DNA of 64,000 nucleotides from Candidatus Latescibacterota bacterium (GTDB lineage Bacteria; Latescibacterota; UBA2968; UBA8231). Under the pieces are notes generated by a model, which was given only the letters and a program-made list of their open reading frames with translations, was not told the origin of the DNA and made no database searches. This document shows positions 21,713-31,554 of this stretch, one piece after another. A program made the translations under genes and the position numbers. Where the stretch lies: NCBI GenBank assembly GCA_965203355.1, contig OZ241889.1:2368001-2432000 (forward strand), read 5' to 3'. How positions within the stretch are numbered: the first letter of the stretch is position 1; each line of letters begins with the position of its first letter.

Positions 21713-23671
21713 TTGGAAATGCCGTGGCGTAAAAAATATACTCGCCCTCTTAGATGTGGACAACCTAGGCCCGGTTGTCGGCAGCACCTTGCCCGCTGCG
21801 TATGCGCGGTCTTTGCGGCCGTGCTGATGCCGAACTTCACCGAAGGGCAGGCACACTCGTGGACGCATTCGGCCGACGCCGAAAAAATTTTTGGCAACGG
21901 GCTTGCAGCATATAAACAGGGGCGTTTCGACGAGACACTCAACCACCTACAGTCGCTAGCGGAGTTCCCGCTCAACCAGCGGTCCAGTGCCGGCCAATTC
22001 CTCTTGGGGAAAACCCTGTATCACTTAGGTCGCTTTGCCGAAGCCATTGACGCGGCCTTGGTCTTGCAACGTAGGTTTCCCGCCAGCCGCTACCTGCCCA
22101 ATGCCCGGCTGTTGCTTGGCGACTCGTTTTTTGCCAGCAAGCACTACTCCGAAGCCGCATCCCAGTACGGCCGTTTGTTGGCCACGCAGGCCCCACTTGG
22201 CCTTCAAGCGCAAGCAGCCGAGCGGTTGGCGGCCATGGATTGGAACAAACAGATAAAAGAACAAGAGCGGGCGCGTCTGCGTCAGGCCGTAGGGGCCGAG
22301 CGTCTGCGCGAGGCCCTGTTCTTCGGCCAGGTGCGCTGGTATCATCGCCTCGGCTGGCAAGAAGAAGCCGACCAAGCGATACAGACTTATCGCGATAGCG
22401 TCGTCAATGGCATATTCGCTCCGATAGCCGCTGTCTGGGGGAGCGATCGGACCGCATATGGCCGGCGCGTCGGCTCGGAGTCGCCCCGGTTGGGCTTGTT
22501 GCTGCCGATGACCGGGCCGTACCATCGGATCGGCGAAGAACTCCGCGATGGGGTGCAACTGGCCAATCGGGAAGCCAGCAGTCCCTTTGAACTGGTCGTT
22601 GCCGACACTGGGATTGACTACGGGAATTTGCCCATCGCTGCCGATCTGGGCAGCGATATTAGCGAGAACCCGGCCAGCGGTTTGTTGCGCGTAGCGTATG
22701 GTGCCCAACAGTTGTTGGATCGAGGCGTCGTGGCCATTGTCGGTCCGCTCTTTAGCAGCTCTGGCGTCGTGGCGGCCGCGATTGCCGCACGCGCTGGTGT
22801 TCCCCTATTGGTGCCGCTGGCCCAACAGAGCGGCCTGGATGCGCTCGGCCACAGCATTTTCCAGTTGAGTACAGTCCCAACGACGCAGGCACGCCTGTTG
22901 GGCGAGTACGCGACCCTCGTCCTCGGCTTGGAACACTTAGCGATTATCGCGCCTCTCAGCGATTATGGCTGGGATTTCGCGCGCGAATTCACTCGCATTG
23001 CTGTGCGCAACGGCGGTCAGATCGCGCACAGCGATTGGTATGTCCCCAACGAGACAAAGGATTTTCGCCTCGTTTTCGAGGAGATTCGCAAGGCCGGTTT
23101 TGCGCTGAGGCCGCCGCCGGATACGCTTGCCGTGGGCGAGGAAGAGCTAGCAGCGGATATGTTTATCGACACTATCGACGGCGTGGTGGTGGTGGTCGAG
23201 AGTTTTGAGGACGCCCAGACCATCGCGCCGCAGGTTCACTTTCACCGTTTGCAGACCCAAATTCTCGGCAACGATGCTTGGTGGGATCCCGAAGCCATTC
23301 GGCAGATGCGCCCAAGAGAGCGCAAGAATTTCGACGGCGTCATTTTCGTTTCTGCCCGGCAAGCCGAGTCCGCGGCCGAGCAGTCGTTTGTCAGCAAATT
23401 TCGCAAGCAGTTCGGCCGCGACCCACGCTACGCAGCGGCTGGTTACGACGCTACCCGCTTGCTCCTCGAAGGGTGGGAGCAAAGGTCGCGCGATCCAGCC
23501 GCGCTGATTGAGTGGTTGACCACGGTCCGGTTCTACCAAGGTGCCTCGGGCACCATCTCCCTGTCGCCCGACGTGCGCTCCAATAACGCGCTGACCTTGC
23601 TCAAAATCGAGCGCGCCAAGGTGCGTTCCCTCAGCACGGGCGATCTCCCGCAAATGGAGGCCGCCGAGTAG
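21713..23671 (+). CDS. TPR + periplasmic-binding-fold protein (LpoA/LppC-like PBP activator); start uncertain
   Basis: N-terminal TPRs, then LGLLLPMTG, AIVGPLFS, GYDA, GASGTI typical of type-1 PBP fold. Confidence 0.7.
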   Translation: MEMPWRKKYTRPLRCGQPRPGCRQHLARCVCAVFAAVLMPNFTEGQAHSWTHSADAEKIFGNGLAAYKQGRFDETLNHLQSLAEFPLNQRSSAGQFLLGKTLYHLGRFAEAIDAALVLQRRFPASRYLPNARLLLGDSFFASKHYSEAASQYGRLLATQAPLGLQAQAAERLAAMDWNKQIKEQERARLRQAVGAERLREALFFGQVRWYHRLGWQEEADQAIQTYRDSVVNGIFAPIAAVWGSDRTAYGRRVGSESPRLGLLLPMTGPYHRIGEELRDGVQLANREASSPFELVVADTGIDYGNLPIAADLGSDISENPASGLLRVAYGAQQLLDRGVVAIVGPLFSSSGVVAAAIAARAGVPLLVPLAQQSGLDALGHSIFQLSTVPTTQARLLGEYATLVLGLEHLAIIAPLSDYGWDFAREFTRIAVRNGGQIAHSDWYVPNETKDFRLVFEEIRKAGFALRPPPDTLAVGEEELAADMFIDTIDGVVVVVESFEDAQTIAPQVHFHRLQTQILGNDAWWDPEAIRQMRPRERKNFDGVIFVSARQAESAAEQSFVSKFRKQFGRDPRYAAAGYDATRLLLEGWEQRSRDPAALIEWLTTVRFYQGASGTISLSPDVRSNNALTLLKIERAKVRSLSTGDLPQMEAAE

Positions 23672-23691
23672 TCCGCGGGAACCGCTAGGTA

Positions 23692-23720
23692 TTGCGCCTC
23701 TAGTTGCCCGAATTTATATT
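23692..23720 (+). promoter_or_regulatory. Possible sigma70 promoter upstream of the FmdB gene
   Basis: TTGCGC, 17 bp spacer, TATATT in AT-rich gap. Confidence 0.4.
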
Positions 23721-23760
23721 ATCAGATTTACATTTTTAGTTATAACGAGAGCCAAAAGCT

Positions 23761-24048
23761 ATGCCCACATATGAATACGAATGCCAAGGCTGCGGCCACC
23801 GATTTGAAGAGTTCCAGAGCATCACGGCCGCACCGCGCCAAACTTGCCCGGAAGCAAATTGTGCAGGCCCAGTCAAGCGGCTCATCAGCGTGGGCGGTGG
23901 CCTGCTTTTTAAGGGGACGGGCTTTTACATAACCGACTACCGAAGCGATGGATACCAAAAGGCAGCTAAGGCCGACAAAGACAGCGGCAACACCAAGGCG
24001 AGCGATAAAAAGGGCGACGGCAAAGCGAAGGTCGCCAAAGCCGATTGA
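23761..24048 (+). CDS. FmdB-family zinc ribbon protein
   Basis: [28 protein letters not shown] with Lys-rich tail. Confidence 0.92.
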   Translation: MPTYEYECQGCGHRFEEFQSITAAPRQTCPEANCAGPVKRLISVGGGLLFKGTGFYITDYRSDGYQKAAKADKDSGNTKASDKKGDGKAKVAKAD

Positions 24049-24083
24049 GGAACTTTCTCGTGCGATACGCGGTTAAATTACGG

Positions 24084-24575
24084 ATGTGGTCGAGCATACT
24101 CCTCGGAATATTTATCGCCGGGTCTTGGTGGGCAGGTTGCAGTCAGCAAAGTGCTGAAGAGCTGTTTGCGGCCGGGGAAGCCGCCGCGGCCGACTCGGCT
24201 ACTGCCGACCAAGCGGTCGCGCATTTTACGGCCTTTATCGAACGCTTTGGCCAATCTCCCAAGGCACCAGAGGTGCTGAGAAAACTCGCCAGCTTGGCCC
24301 AGCAGCAAGGGAAAATGCAGGAGGCCATCGGTTATTACGAGCGCGTGTTGGCCGAATATCCCGCTAGCGGGCACGGCGACGAAGCCCAGTTTATGATCGC
24401 CTTTATATACGAGGAGTACATCCGCGACCTAGAACAAGCGCGGCGGGCCTATCAGCGCGTAATTGACAACTACCCGGATTCCGAGCTGGCCACGAGTGCT
24501 CGGCATCTGTTGCCCAACGTCGGGCGTGCCCCGCGAGAATGGGTTCAATTTCAGGATGAGGGCGCCGCTCCTTGA
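24084..24575 (+). CDS. TPR lipoprotein (BamD/CpoB-like repeats)
   Basis: Lipobox-like WAGC after hydrophobic stretch; TPR motifs YERVLAEYP, YQRVIDNYPDS; alternative start 24045. Confidence 0.75.
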   Translation: MWSSILLGIFIAGSWWAGCSQQSAEELFAAGEAAAADSATADQAVAHFTAFIERFGQSPKAPEVLRKLASLAQQQGKMQEAIGYYERVLAEYPASGHGDEAQFMIAFIYEEYIRDLEQARRAYQRVIDNYPDSELATSARHLLPNVGRAPREWVQFQDEGAAP

Positions 24576-24616
24576 CCCGTTGGAAGTTGTTATAAAGGTC
24601 TGAGGCAGATGGGTCC

Positions 24617-24650
24617 AGCCGCTTGCGAATCCGCAGGGCGGTTTTTTATT
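24617..24650 (+). terminator. Intrinsic terminator-like hairpin between the TPR gene and moxR
   Basis: AGCCGCTTGCG-AATC-CGCAGGGCGGTT followed by T run. Confidence 0.6.
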
Positions 24651-24682
24651 GGCTAAACAGACCAACGTCGAGAGTACATCCG

Positions 24683-25681
24683 ATGACGCAAACGACAATA
24701 GACATTCAAGCGATTAGCGAGCAGGTTCAGCGCGAGAGTTTGGTGGTAGAGCGCATTTTGCAGGAAATGGACCGGGTCATCGTCGGTCAACGCGCCATGG
24801 TGGAGCGCATCCTGATGGGGCTATTGTGCAACGGCCACATCCTCCTCGAAGGGGTGCCCGGGCTGGCTAAGACCCTGACGGTAGCGACGCTGGCAAGGAT
24901 CGTAGCGGCCCAGTTCAAGCGGATCCAGTTTACTCCGGATCTTTTGCCCGCTGACCTGACCGGGACCACCATCTACAATCAGCAGCAAGGAGTCTTCATT
25001 CCTAAGAAAGGCCCGATTTTTGCCCATTTGATCTTGGCCGACGAGATCAACCGGGCACCGGCCAAAGTGCAGAGTGCGCTGTTGGAGTGCATGCAGGAGC
25101 GGCAGGTGACCATCGGCGAGGAAACCTATGCGCTCGACGACCCGTTCTTGGTCATGGCCACTCAGAACCCGATTGATCAAGAGGGAACCTACCCACTGCC
25201 CGAAGCCCAAGTCGATCGGTTCATGCTCAAAGTGAAAGTCGATTATCCGTCGCGCGCCGAGGAGCGGCTGATCTTGGACCGCATGGCCAACGACAGTCTG
25301 ATCGAGGTGGAGCAAGCGGTGGGGATCGACGAAATACGCCGCCTGCGCGAGGTGGTGGCGATCGTCTATATTGACGACAAGATCAAGGATTACGTCGTCG
25401 ATCTCGTTCAGGCCACCCGGCGACCAGCCGACTACGGGCTGGCCGACATGGCGCCGCTGATCGAGTACGGGGCCTCGCCACGAGCCGCTATTTTTCTCGT
25501 CCGCACGGCCCGCGCCCACGCCTTCATCCAGCGGCGCGGCTACGTCACCCCGGAAGATGTCAAGGCTGTGGGGGCCGATGTGCTCAGGCATCGGATCATC
25601 GCCTCGTACGAGGCCGAGGCCGAGGAAATCGACAGCGACCACATCGTACAACAGCTCTTCGACCACATCGAAGTTCCCTAA
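24683..25681 (+). CDS. moxR: MoxR-family AAA+ ATPase
   Basis: GHILLEGVPGLAKT, RIQFTPDLLPAD, ADEINRAPAKVQSALLE, ATQNP, GASPR. Confidence 0.96.
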   Translation: MTQTTIDIQAISEQVQRESLVVERILQEMDRVIVGQRAMVERILMGLLCNGHILLEGVPGLAKTLTVATLARIVAAQFKRIQFTPDLLPADLTGTTIYNQQQGVFIPKKGPIFAHLILADEINRAPAKVQSALLECMQERQVTIGEETYALDDPFLVMATQNPIDQEGTYPLPEAQVDRFMLKVKVDYPSRAEERLILDRMANDSLIEVEQAVGIDEIRRLREVVAIVYIDDKIKDYVVDLVQATRRPADYGLADMAPLIEYGASPRAAIFLVRTARAHAFIQRRGYVTPEDVKAVGADVLRHRIIASYEAEAEEIDSDHIVQQLFDHIEVP

Positions 25682-25695
25682 AGCCAAGGCGTGCC

Positions 25696-26571
25696 GTGAT
25701 TCCCAAAGAGATACTCGACAAAGTTCGCCTGATCGAGATTCACACCCGCAGCATGGTGAACAACCTCTTTGCCGGCGAATACCACTCGGCGTTCAAGGGG
25801 CGGGGGATGGAGTTTGCCGAGGCGCGCGAATACCAGCCCGGCGACGATGTGCGCCACATTGACTGGAACGTAACGGCGCGGGTGGGGGTGCCTTTCATCA
25901 AGATATTCGACGAAGAGCGCGAGTTGACCGCGGTGTTGGTGGTAGATGCCAGCGCGTCTGGGGCTTTTGGCTCACAGCATCAGATGAAAGGGGAAATTGG
26001 GGTTGAGGTTTCGGCGTTGTTGGCCTTTAGCGCAATCAAGAACAACGACCGAGTGGGCTTGCTCATCTTCACGGACGAGGTCGAGGTCTTCGTGCCGCCC
26101 AAGAAAGGACGCAAGCACGTGCTGCGCGTACTGCGCGAGTTGCTGTACTTTCAGCCGCAGGGGCGCAAGACCTCCATTGCTGGAGCCTTGGAATACCTCA
26201 GCCGAGTCTTGCACCGCCGCAGTGTGATTTTTGTCATCTCCGATTTTCTCGACCAAGGCTACGAGCCAGCGCTGCGGCACTTGAGCCAGCGGCACGATTT
26301 GATCGCCGTGGTGGTGAGCGACCCACGCGAGTGGGAGTTGCCCGATGTTGGTTTTATCAACCTGCAAGACGCCGAGACCGGCCAACAAGTACTCGTCGAT
26401 AGCGGCCACGAGGGCGTGCGCACATTTTTCGCCGCTGAACAGCGATCCCTCGCCGAGCGCCGCAGCAGTCTATTGCGCAAGGCGGGCGTTGACGAAATAG
26501 CGATTGACCTGTCGCGCCCCTATGTCGAACCTCTTATTCACTTTTTTCGCACGCGGATGCAGCGACACTAA
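25696..26571 (+). CDS. DUF58 (VWA-like) protein
   Basis: GEYHSAFKGRGMEF..REYQPGDDVRHIDWNVTAR, ISDF. Confidence 0.93.
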   Translation: MIPKEILDKVRLIEIHTRSMVNNLFAGEYHSAFKGRGMEFAEAREYQPGDDVRHIDWNVTARVGVPFIKIFDEERELTAVLVVDASASGAFGSQHQMKGEIGVEVSALLAFSAIKNNDRVGLLIFTDEVEVFVPPKKGRKHVLRVLRELLYFQPQGRKTSIAGALEYLSRVLHRRSVIFVISDFLDQGYEPALRHLSQRHDLIAVVVSDPREWELPDVGFINLQDAETGQQVLVDSGHEGVRTFFAAEQRSLAERRSSLLRKAGVDEIAIDLSRPYVEPLIHFFRTRMQRH

Positions 26572-26583
26572 GGAGGAAATACA

Positions 26584-27516
26584 TTGATTGAAGTACGCGA
26601 ACTGTCCAAACACTACGGGGATGTCGTCGCCGTGGAAAATGTGTCCTTCAGCGTTGACAAGGGCGTCATCCTCGGTTTTCTCGGGCCCAATGGCGCGGGC
26701 AAGACCACGACGATGCGCATGCTGACCTGTTATCTGCCGCCTTCGCAGGGCGAAGCCAAAGTCGCTGGTTTCGACATTGTTGAAGAGTCCTTGGAGGTAC
26801 GCAAGCGCATCGGCTACCTGCCCGAGCAGCCGCCGCTTTACCACGATATGACAGTAAACGCCTATCTGCGCTTCGTGGCCAAAATCAAGGGCGTGCCCAG
26901 CGCGGCGCTCAACAGCCGAATTGATGACACTATGGAAAAAACCGGCATCGCCCATCAGTGCCACATGGTGATCGGCCACTTGTCCAAGGGCTACCGGCAG
27001 CGCGTCGGTTTGGCCCAAGCCCTCGTCCACGAGCCAGAGGTGCTCATCCTCGACGAGCCGACTGTGGGCCTCGATCCCAAGCAGATCATCGAGATCCGCG
27101 AGGTCATCAAGGGGCTGGGGGGCGACCACACGGTCATACTCAGCACGCACATCCTGCCGGAGGTGAGCATGACCTGTGGGCAACTGGCGATCATCAACAA
27201 CGGCCGCATATCCGGTCAAGGTACGCCCGAAAGTCTCATGGCCCAGCTCAAGGAGGGCGAGGTGTTGCGCGCCCACATAGAGGGTCCCAGCGATCAGGTG
27301 CTGGGCATGCTCGGCCAGCTAGAAGGCGTGCTGGAAGTGGAAGTTAGTGGCGAGGAGGGCGCGTACGTGGTGACGAGTGCCCCGGGAGCCGATGTGCGCG
27401 ACGACCTGACCCGCAAGGTCGTGGAAAGCGGCTTTAGCCTGCGCGAATTGCGGCCGCTCGACATGACCCTCGAAGACATTTTCCTGAGCCTGACTAGCGA
27501 GGAGGTAGCAGCTTAA
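26584..27516 (+). CDS. ABC transporter ATP-binding protein (GldA-like)
   Basis: GPNGAGKTT, LSKGYRQRVGLAQA, ILDEPT.GLDP. Confidence 0.93.
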   Translation: MIEVRELSKHYGDVVAVENVSFSVDKGVILGFLGPNGAGKTTTMRMLTCYLPPSQGEAKVAGFDIVEESLEVRKRIGYLPEQPPLYHDMTVNAYLRFVAKIKGVPSAALNSRIDDTMEKTGIAHQCHMVIGHLSKGYRQRVGLAQALVHEPEVLILDEPTVGLDPKQIIEIREVIKGLGGDHTVILSTHILPEVSMTCGQLAIINNGRISGQGTPESLMAQLKEGEVLRAHIEGPSDQVLGMLGQLEGVLEVEVSGEEGAYVVTSAPGADVRDDLTRKVVESGFSLRELRPLDMTLEDIFLSLTSEEVAA

Positions 27517-27517
27517 A

Positions 27518-28300
27518 ATGCGCAATTTTGCCGCCGTTTATATCAAGGAGATGCGCTCCTATTTTGTTTCGCCGGTCGCCTATGTGATCGCCGGCGTTTT
27601 CCTGTTTCTCTCGGGCTATTTGTTCCGCAATATCCTGATGCAGTTCAACCTCTGGTGCTTGCAGTTTGGCCAGCGCGCGCAAATGGGTATGGGGGGGATG
27701 CCGGCACTCAATCTCAACGAAATGGTCGTCACCCAATTCTTTGCGGTCATGGACTTCATCTGGCTCTTGGTCATCCCGATGCTGACCATGCGGCTCTTTG
27801 CCGAAGAAAAAAAATCCGGGACCATCGAATTGCTGATGACCTCGCCGCTGCGCACCATCGAGGTGATGTTGGGCAAGTTTTTTGCCTGCTTTTCGCTCTA
27901 CGGTATCATCGTCAGCTTGACGTTGATCTATTTTGCGATCCTCGAAGTGTACGGCTCGCCCGACTGGGGGCCGATTTTTTCCGGCTATCTCGGCTACTTG
28001 TTCCTCGGCGCGACCTTTATCTCGGTGGGCATCTTGGCCTCGGCCCTGACGGAAAATCAGATCGTTGCCGTGTTGCTGACCTTTGGCATGTTGCTCCTGT
28101 TTTGGCTCATCGACTGGTCGGCTAGCTTTGCCGGTCCGACCGCCGCTAAAATTTTGCAGTACCTCTCCTTTATAGCCCACCTCGAAGATTTCCAGCGCGG
28201 CGTCATCGACACCAAGGATGTGGTGTTCTACCTGAGCTTTACCTTTTTCTGCTTATTTTTGACCACGCGCGTCATTGAATCGCGGAGATGGAGGCGCTGA
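27518..28300 (+). CDS. ABC-2 permease (GldF-like)
   Basis: KEMRSYFVSPVAY, TMRLFAEEKKSGTIELL.T.P, F.RGVIDTKDVVFY. Confidence 0.9.
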   Translation: MRNFAAVYIKEMRSYFVSPVAYVIAGVFLFLSGYLFRNILMQFNLWCLQFGQRAQMGMGGMPALNLNEMVVTQFFAVMDFIWLLVIPMLTMRLFAEEKKSGTIELLMTSPLRTIEVMLGKFFACFSLYGIIVSLTLIYFAILEVYGSPDWGPIFSGYLGYLFLGATFISVGILASALTENQIVAVLLTFGMLLLFWLIDWSASFAGPTAAKILQYLSFIAHLEDFQRGVIDTKDVVFYLSFTFFCLFLTTRVIESRRWRR

Positions 28301-28302
28301 GC

Positions 28303-31300
28303 ATGAAGGCATATACTACGCCCTTGGGGTTGGTCGGCGCGGCGCTGATGGTCGCGGGTGGCTTGGCCTATCTGCTCAATGCCGAGAGCGGCTCAATCGG
28401 GCTTTTCAACTTGGCACTCGGCGCCCTGATGGTGGCCGCGGCCGGGCTTTTAAACCCGGCGCTCTTCCGCCAGTACGGCCGCTGGCTCAACGCCTTTTGG
28501 GGTGGCATCATGGTCTTTGGCATTGTGGCGATGGTCAACTTTTTGGGCAACCGCTATCCCGAGCGTTTCGATCTGACCGAGGGCCGGCTGCACAGCCTCG
28601 CCGATTTGACGGTGGAGACGCTCAAGGCGCTGGACCAGGACGTTCACGCCCTCGCCTTTATGGAGGGAGGAGAAAACCCCGAGCTCGAACTACTGCTGGC
28701 CGAGTTCGAGACGTACAACACGCGCTTCAGCTACGAATTCATCGACCCAGACCGCGATCCGCTGCGAACCGAGGACTACGGCATCCGCCGCTACGACACG
28801 CTGGTGTTGGAAAGCGGCGACAAACAACAGCAAATCACCGAACTCGAAGAGCGGGCGATCGTCAACTCGCTGCTCAAACTGACGCGCGAGCGCCAAGACC
28901 GAATCTATTTGACGGTGGGGCACGGCGAGCGTCAGCTCGCCAACCAGCCCGATGGACTAGAGCAGCTAAAGGTCCAATTGGCGGAGATCGACTATGCGGT
29001 CGAAGATTCGCTCTTCCTCGCCCGCGAGGGGGCCGTGCCCGAAGATTGCGCCGTGCTGGTCGTCGCCGGCCCGCGCACCCCCTTTTTCTCGGTGGAGGTC
29101 GAGGCCATCCGCTCCTACCTCGCTGAGGGCGGGGCTCTGCTGTTGCTCTTGGACCCGCTCGCCGACAGTGGCCTAGCCGAACTGTTGAGCGAGTGGGGCG
29201 TGGTGGTCGGCGACGATTTCGTCATCGACACCAGCGGAATTGGCTCGCTCTTTGGCCTCGATTTTACCACGCCGGTTGCGCTCTCCTACGGCGATCATCC
29301 GGTCACGCGCAAGCACCAAGGTCTGATGACCTTCTTCCAACTCGGGCGCTCGGTGCATTTTGACGAGAGTAGCGGCCGCGAAGGGGCCATCTTGGTGCAG
29401 ACCTCAGAGGCTGGTTGGGCCGAGACCGACTTGAGTGTGCTCTCCAGCGCAAGCGACCAGACGGTCAAGCTCGACGAGGGGGTCGATCAGCCCGGGCCAG
29501 TGTCCTTGGCCGTGGCGGCCCGCGACCCCGACGCCGGGGGCCGCTTGGTGGTCTTTGGGGATTCGGACTTTGCCACTAACCAGTACTTCGGCGTTCAGGG
29601 CAACGGCGACTTGGTGCTCAACGCCTTGAGTTGGCTGGCCGAGGACGAGGCCCTGATCTCGATCCGCCCCCGCGAGCCGGGCCACAACCCCATCGCCCTG
29701 ACCGAAAGCGATGGCGAGTGGATCTTCTGGATCAGCGTGGTGCTGTACCCAGGGCTGATCGCCTTGGTCGGCATTGTGGTCGTTTCGCGCAAGGGACGCT
29801 GGAGCCTAGCCGACTTGAGCGCGGCCGGATTGGGCATTGTGATTTCGCTCGGCATTGCTGCACTGGTCAACTTCCTTGGCGACCGCTACCACTTCCGCAA
29901 GGATATGACAGCCGACGCGCTGTTTACGCTGTCGGGCGACACCCATCGGCTCCTCGCGCCGCTTGAAGACAACGGCCAGTACGTCAGCGTCAAGACCTTC
30001 ATGGGCGAGATGGAGAACATGCGCTTTGAGAATCTCCTACGGGAGTACAGCTATGCGTCGCCTAACTTCGACTACGAGTTGCTCGATCCGCAGAAAAATC
30101 AGCTGCGCGTCGAGCAGAACAACATCCGCGAGCGCGGGACTTCAATCGTCGAGGTGATCGACCACGGGCAGGTGCGCACCGAGCGCATTACCGCCCAGAG
30201 CGAAGAGGCGCTGAGCAATGCCATTCTCAAGGCACTCAAAGGCCGCGAGCTAAGGGCCTATTTTACCAGTGGCCACGGCGAGGCCGAACTCGACCAAGTT
30301 GACGAACAGGGCTATTCCACGCTCAAGAGCCGCCTCAAGGAACTAAATTTCGCAGTTGAAGGAGGGCTGACGCTCGCCGAGCCGGTGCCTGATGACGCTA
30401 CATTGGTCGTGGTGTTAGCACCGAAAGCGCGCTTTGCTGCGGCTGAAGCCGAAGTGCTGCGGCAATACTTGGCTCGCGGGGGCAGCGCGCTGTTTTTGCT
30501 CGATCCGGGCCAGCCGACCGGACTCGAAGCATTGCTGAATGAGTACTCGATCGAGTTGGGGCAGGATTTCGTCGTCGATTTGAGCGGCTTGGGCCAGCTT
30601 TTTGGCGCCGATGTCTCAGTGCCGGTGGTCCTCAACTACGGCGATCACCCGATCACCGAAAAGCTATCCGCCGGTACGATGAGCTTCTTCCCGCTGGCGC
30701 GCTCGGTGCAGCTAACCGAACATCGGCTCAAGGAGCCGGATATCGCCGCCTTGGCGCACACCCACAAAAGCAGTTGGGGTGAAAAAGACCTGGCCCCCAT
30801 AGTGGGTGCTGGCGGCGAGGTGGAGTTCGACCCGGAAGTGGATATTCGCGGCCCGGTGTCGCTGGCCGTGGCCGTTTCCGCAGACGTGGATACTAGCTTG
30901 GCACCCGAAGGCCGGACGCGACTGGTGGTCATTGGCGATGCGGATTTTGCCTCCAATCAGTACTTTGCTCAGCAGGCCAATGGCGAGCTATTCCTCGGCA
31001 GCGTTAGCTGGCTCACCGAAGACGAAGCTCGCCTGACTATCGCCGACAAGCAACCGGCCTTTAATCCCATCAACCTGATCGGCAATCAGGGCGCGGTCAT
31101 TCTCTGGGTCTCGGTGTTTATTGTGCCGTTTGCGGTCGCGTTGTCGGGCATGGTCATGGTGCTCAGGCGCGGCTATCAGACCTATGCCGAGGGCTTTGTC
31201 TCGTGGCTGGTGTACACCTTCTGGGGCAATGCGATGTTTTTCTTCATCAGCGGCATCATTGCCACCAGCGAGGGGGCATTCTTTGAGGGCGAGGTCAAAT

Positions 31301-31554
31301 TGATTGCGGCCTTGGCCTCGGCGGCTATTGGCTATGGCCTCTATCGGCACGCGGCGTGGGCTTGGCAAGCCGGCTTGGCGTTTGCGGTGTTGTGCGCTGG
31401 CGTGGTTGCCCTGACGATTTTCACCGGTGCCAGCCTTGGGTTCTCGCTGATTCCCAACGAGACAGTCCAACTGATCTACGCCGCGATTTTCGTGGTCAAC
31501 ACGGCCATTCTCGTGTGGATTAAAAAGGTCTTTGTACAAGAGGAGCAAGCATGA
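28303..31554 (+). CDS. GldG-family ABC auxiliary protein with two tandem GldG modules plus C-terminal TM region
   Basis: Two copies each of D(L/M)T..L.(S/T)L, GHGE, YGDHP.T, RLVV.GD.DFA.NQYF and WL.EDE. Confidence 0.85.
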   Translation: MKAYTTPLGLVGAALMVAGGLAYLLNAESGSIGLFNLALGALMVAAAGLLNPALFRQYGRWLNAFWGGIMVFGIVAMVNFLGNRYPERFDLTEGRLHSLADLTVETLKALDQDVHALAFMEGGENPELELLLAEFETYNTRFSYEFIDPDRDPLRTEDYGIRRYDTLVLESGDKQQQITELEERAIVNSLLKLTRERQDRIYLTVGHGERQLANQPDGLEQLKVQLAEIDYAVEDSLFLAREGAVPEDCAVLVVAGPRTPFFSVEVEAIRSYLAEGGALLLLLDPLADSGLAELLSEWGVVVGDDFVIDTSGIGSLFGLDFTTPVALSYGDHPVTRKHQGLMTFFQLGRSVHFDESSGREGAILVQTSEAGWAETDLSVLSSASDQTVKLDEGVDQPGPVSLAVAARDPDAGGRLVVFGDSDFATNQYFGVQGNGDLVLNALSWLAEDEALISIRPREPGHNPIALTESDGEWIFWISVVLYPGLIALVGIVVVSRKGRWSLADLSAAGLGIVISLGIAALVNFLGDRYHFRKDMTADALFTLSGDTHRLLAPLEDNGQYVSVKTFMGEMENMRFENLLREYSYASPNFDYELLDPQKNQLRVEQNNIRERGTSIVEVIDHGQVRTERITAQSEEALSNAILKALKGRELRAYFTSGHGEAELDQVDEQGYSTLKSRLKELNFAVEGGLTLAEPVPDDATLVVVLAPKARFAAAEAEVLRQYLARGGSALFLLDPGQPTGLEALLNEYSIELGQDFVVDLSGLGQLFGADVSVPVVLNYGDHPITEKLSAGTMSFFPLARSVQLTEHRLKEPDIAALAHTHKSSWGEKDLAPIVGAGGEVEFDPEVDIRGPVSLAVAVSADVDTSLAPEGRTRLVVIGDADFASNQYFAQQANGELFLGSVSWLTEDEARLTIADKQPAFNPINLIGNQGAVILWVSVFIVPFAVALSGMVMVLRRGYQTYAEGFVSWLVYTFWGNAMFFFISGIIATSEGAFFEGEVKLIAALASAAIGYGLYRHAAWAWQAGLAFAVLCAGVVALTIFTGASLGFSLIPNETVQLIYAAIFVVNTAILVWIKKVFVQEEQA

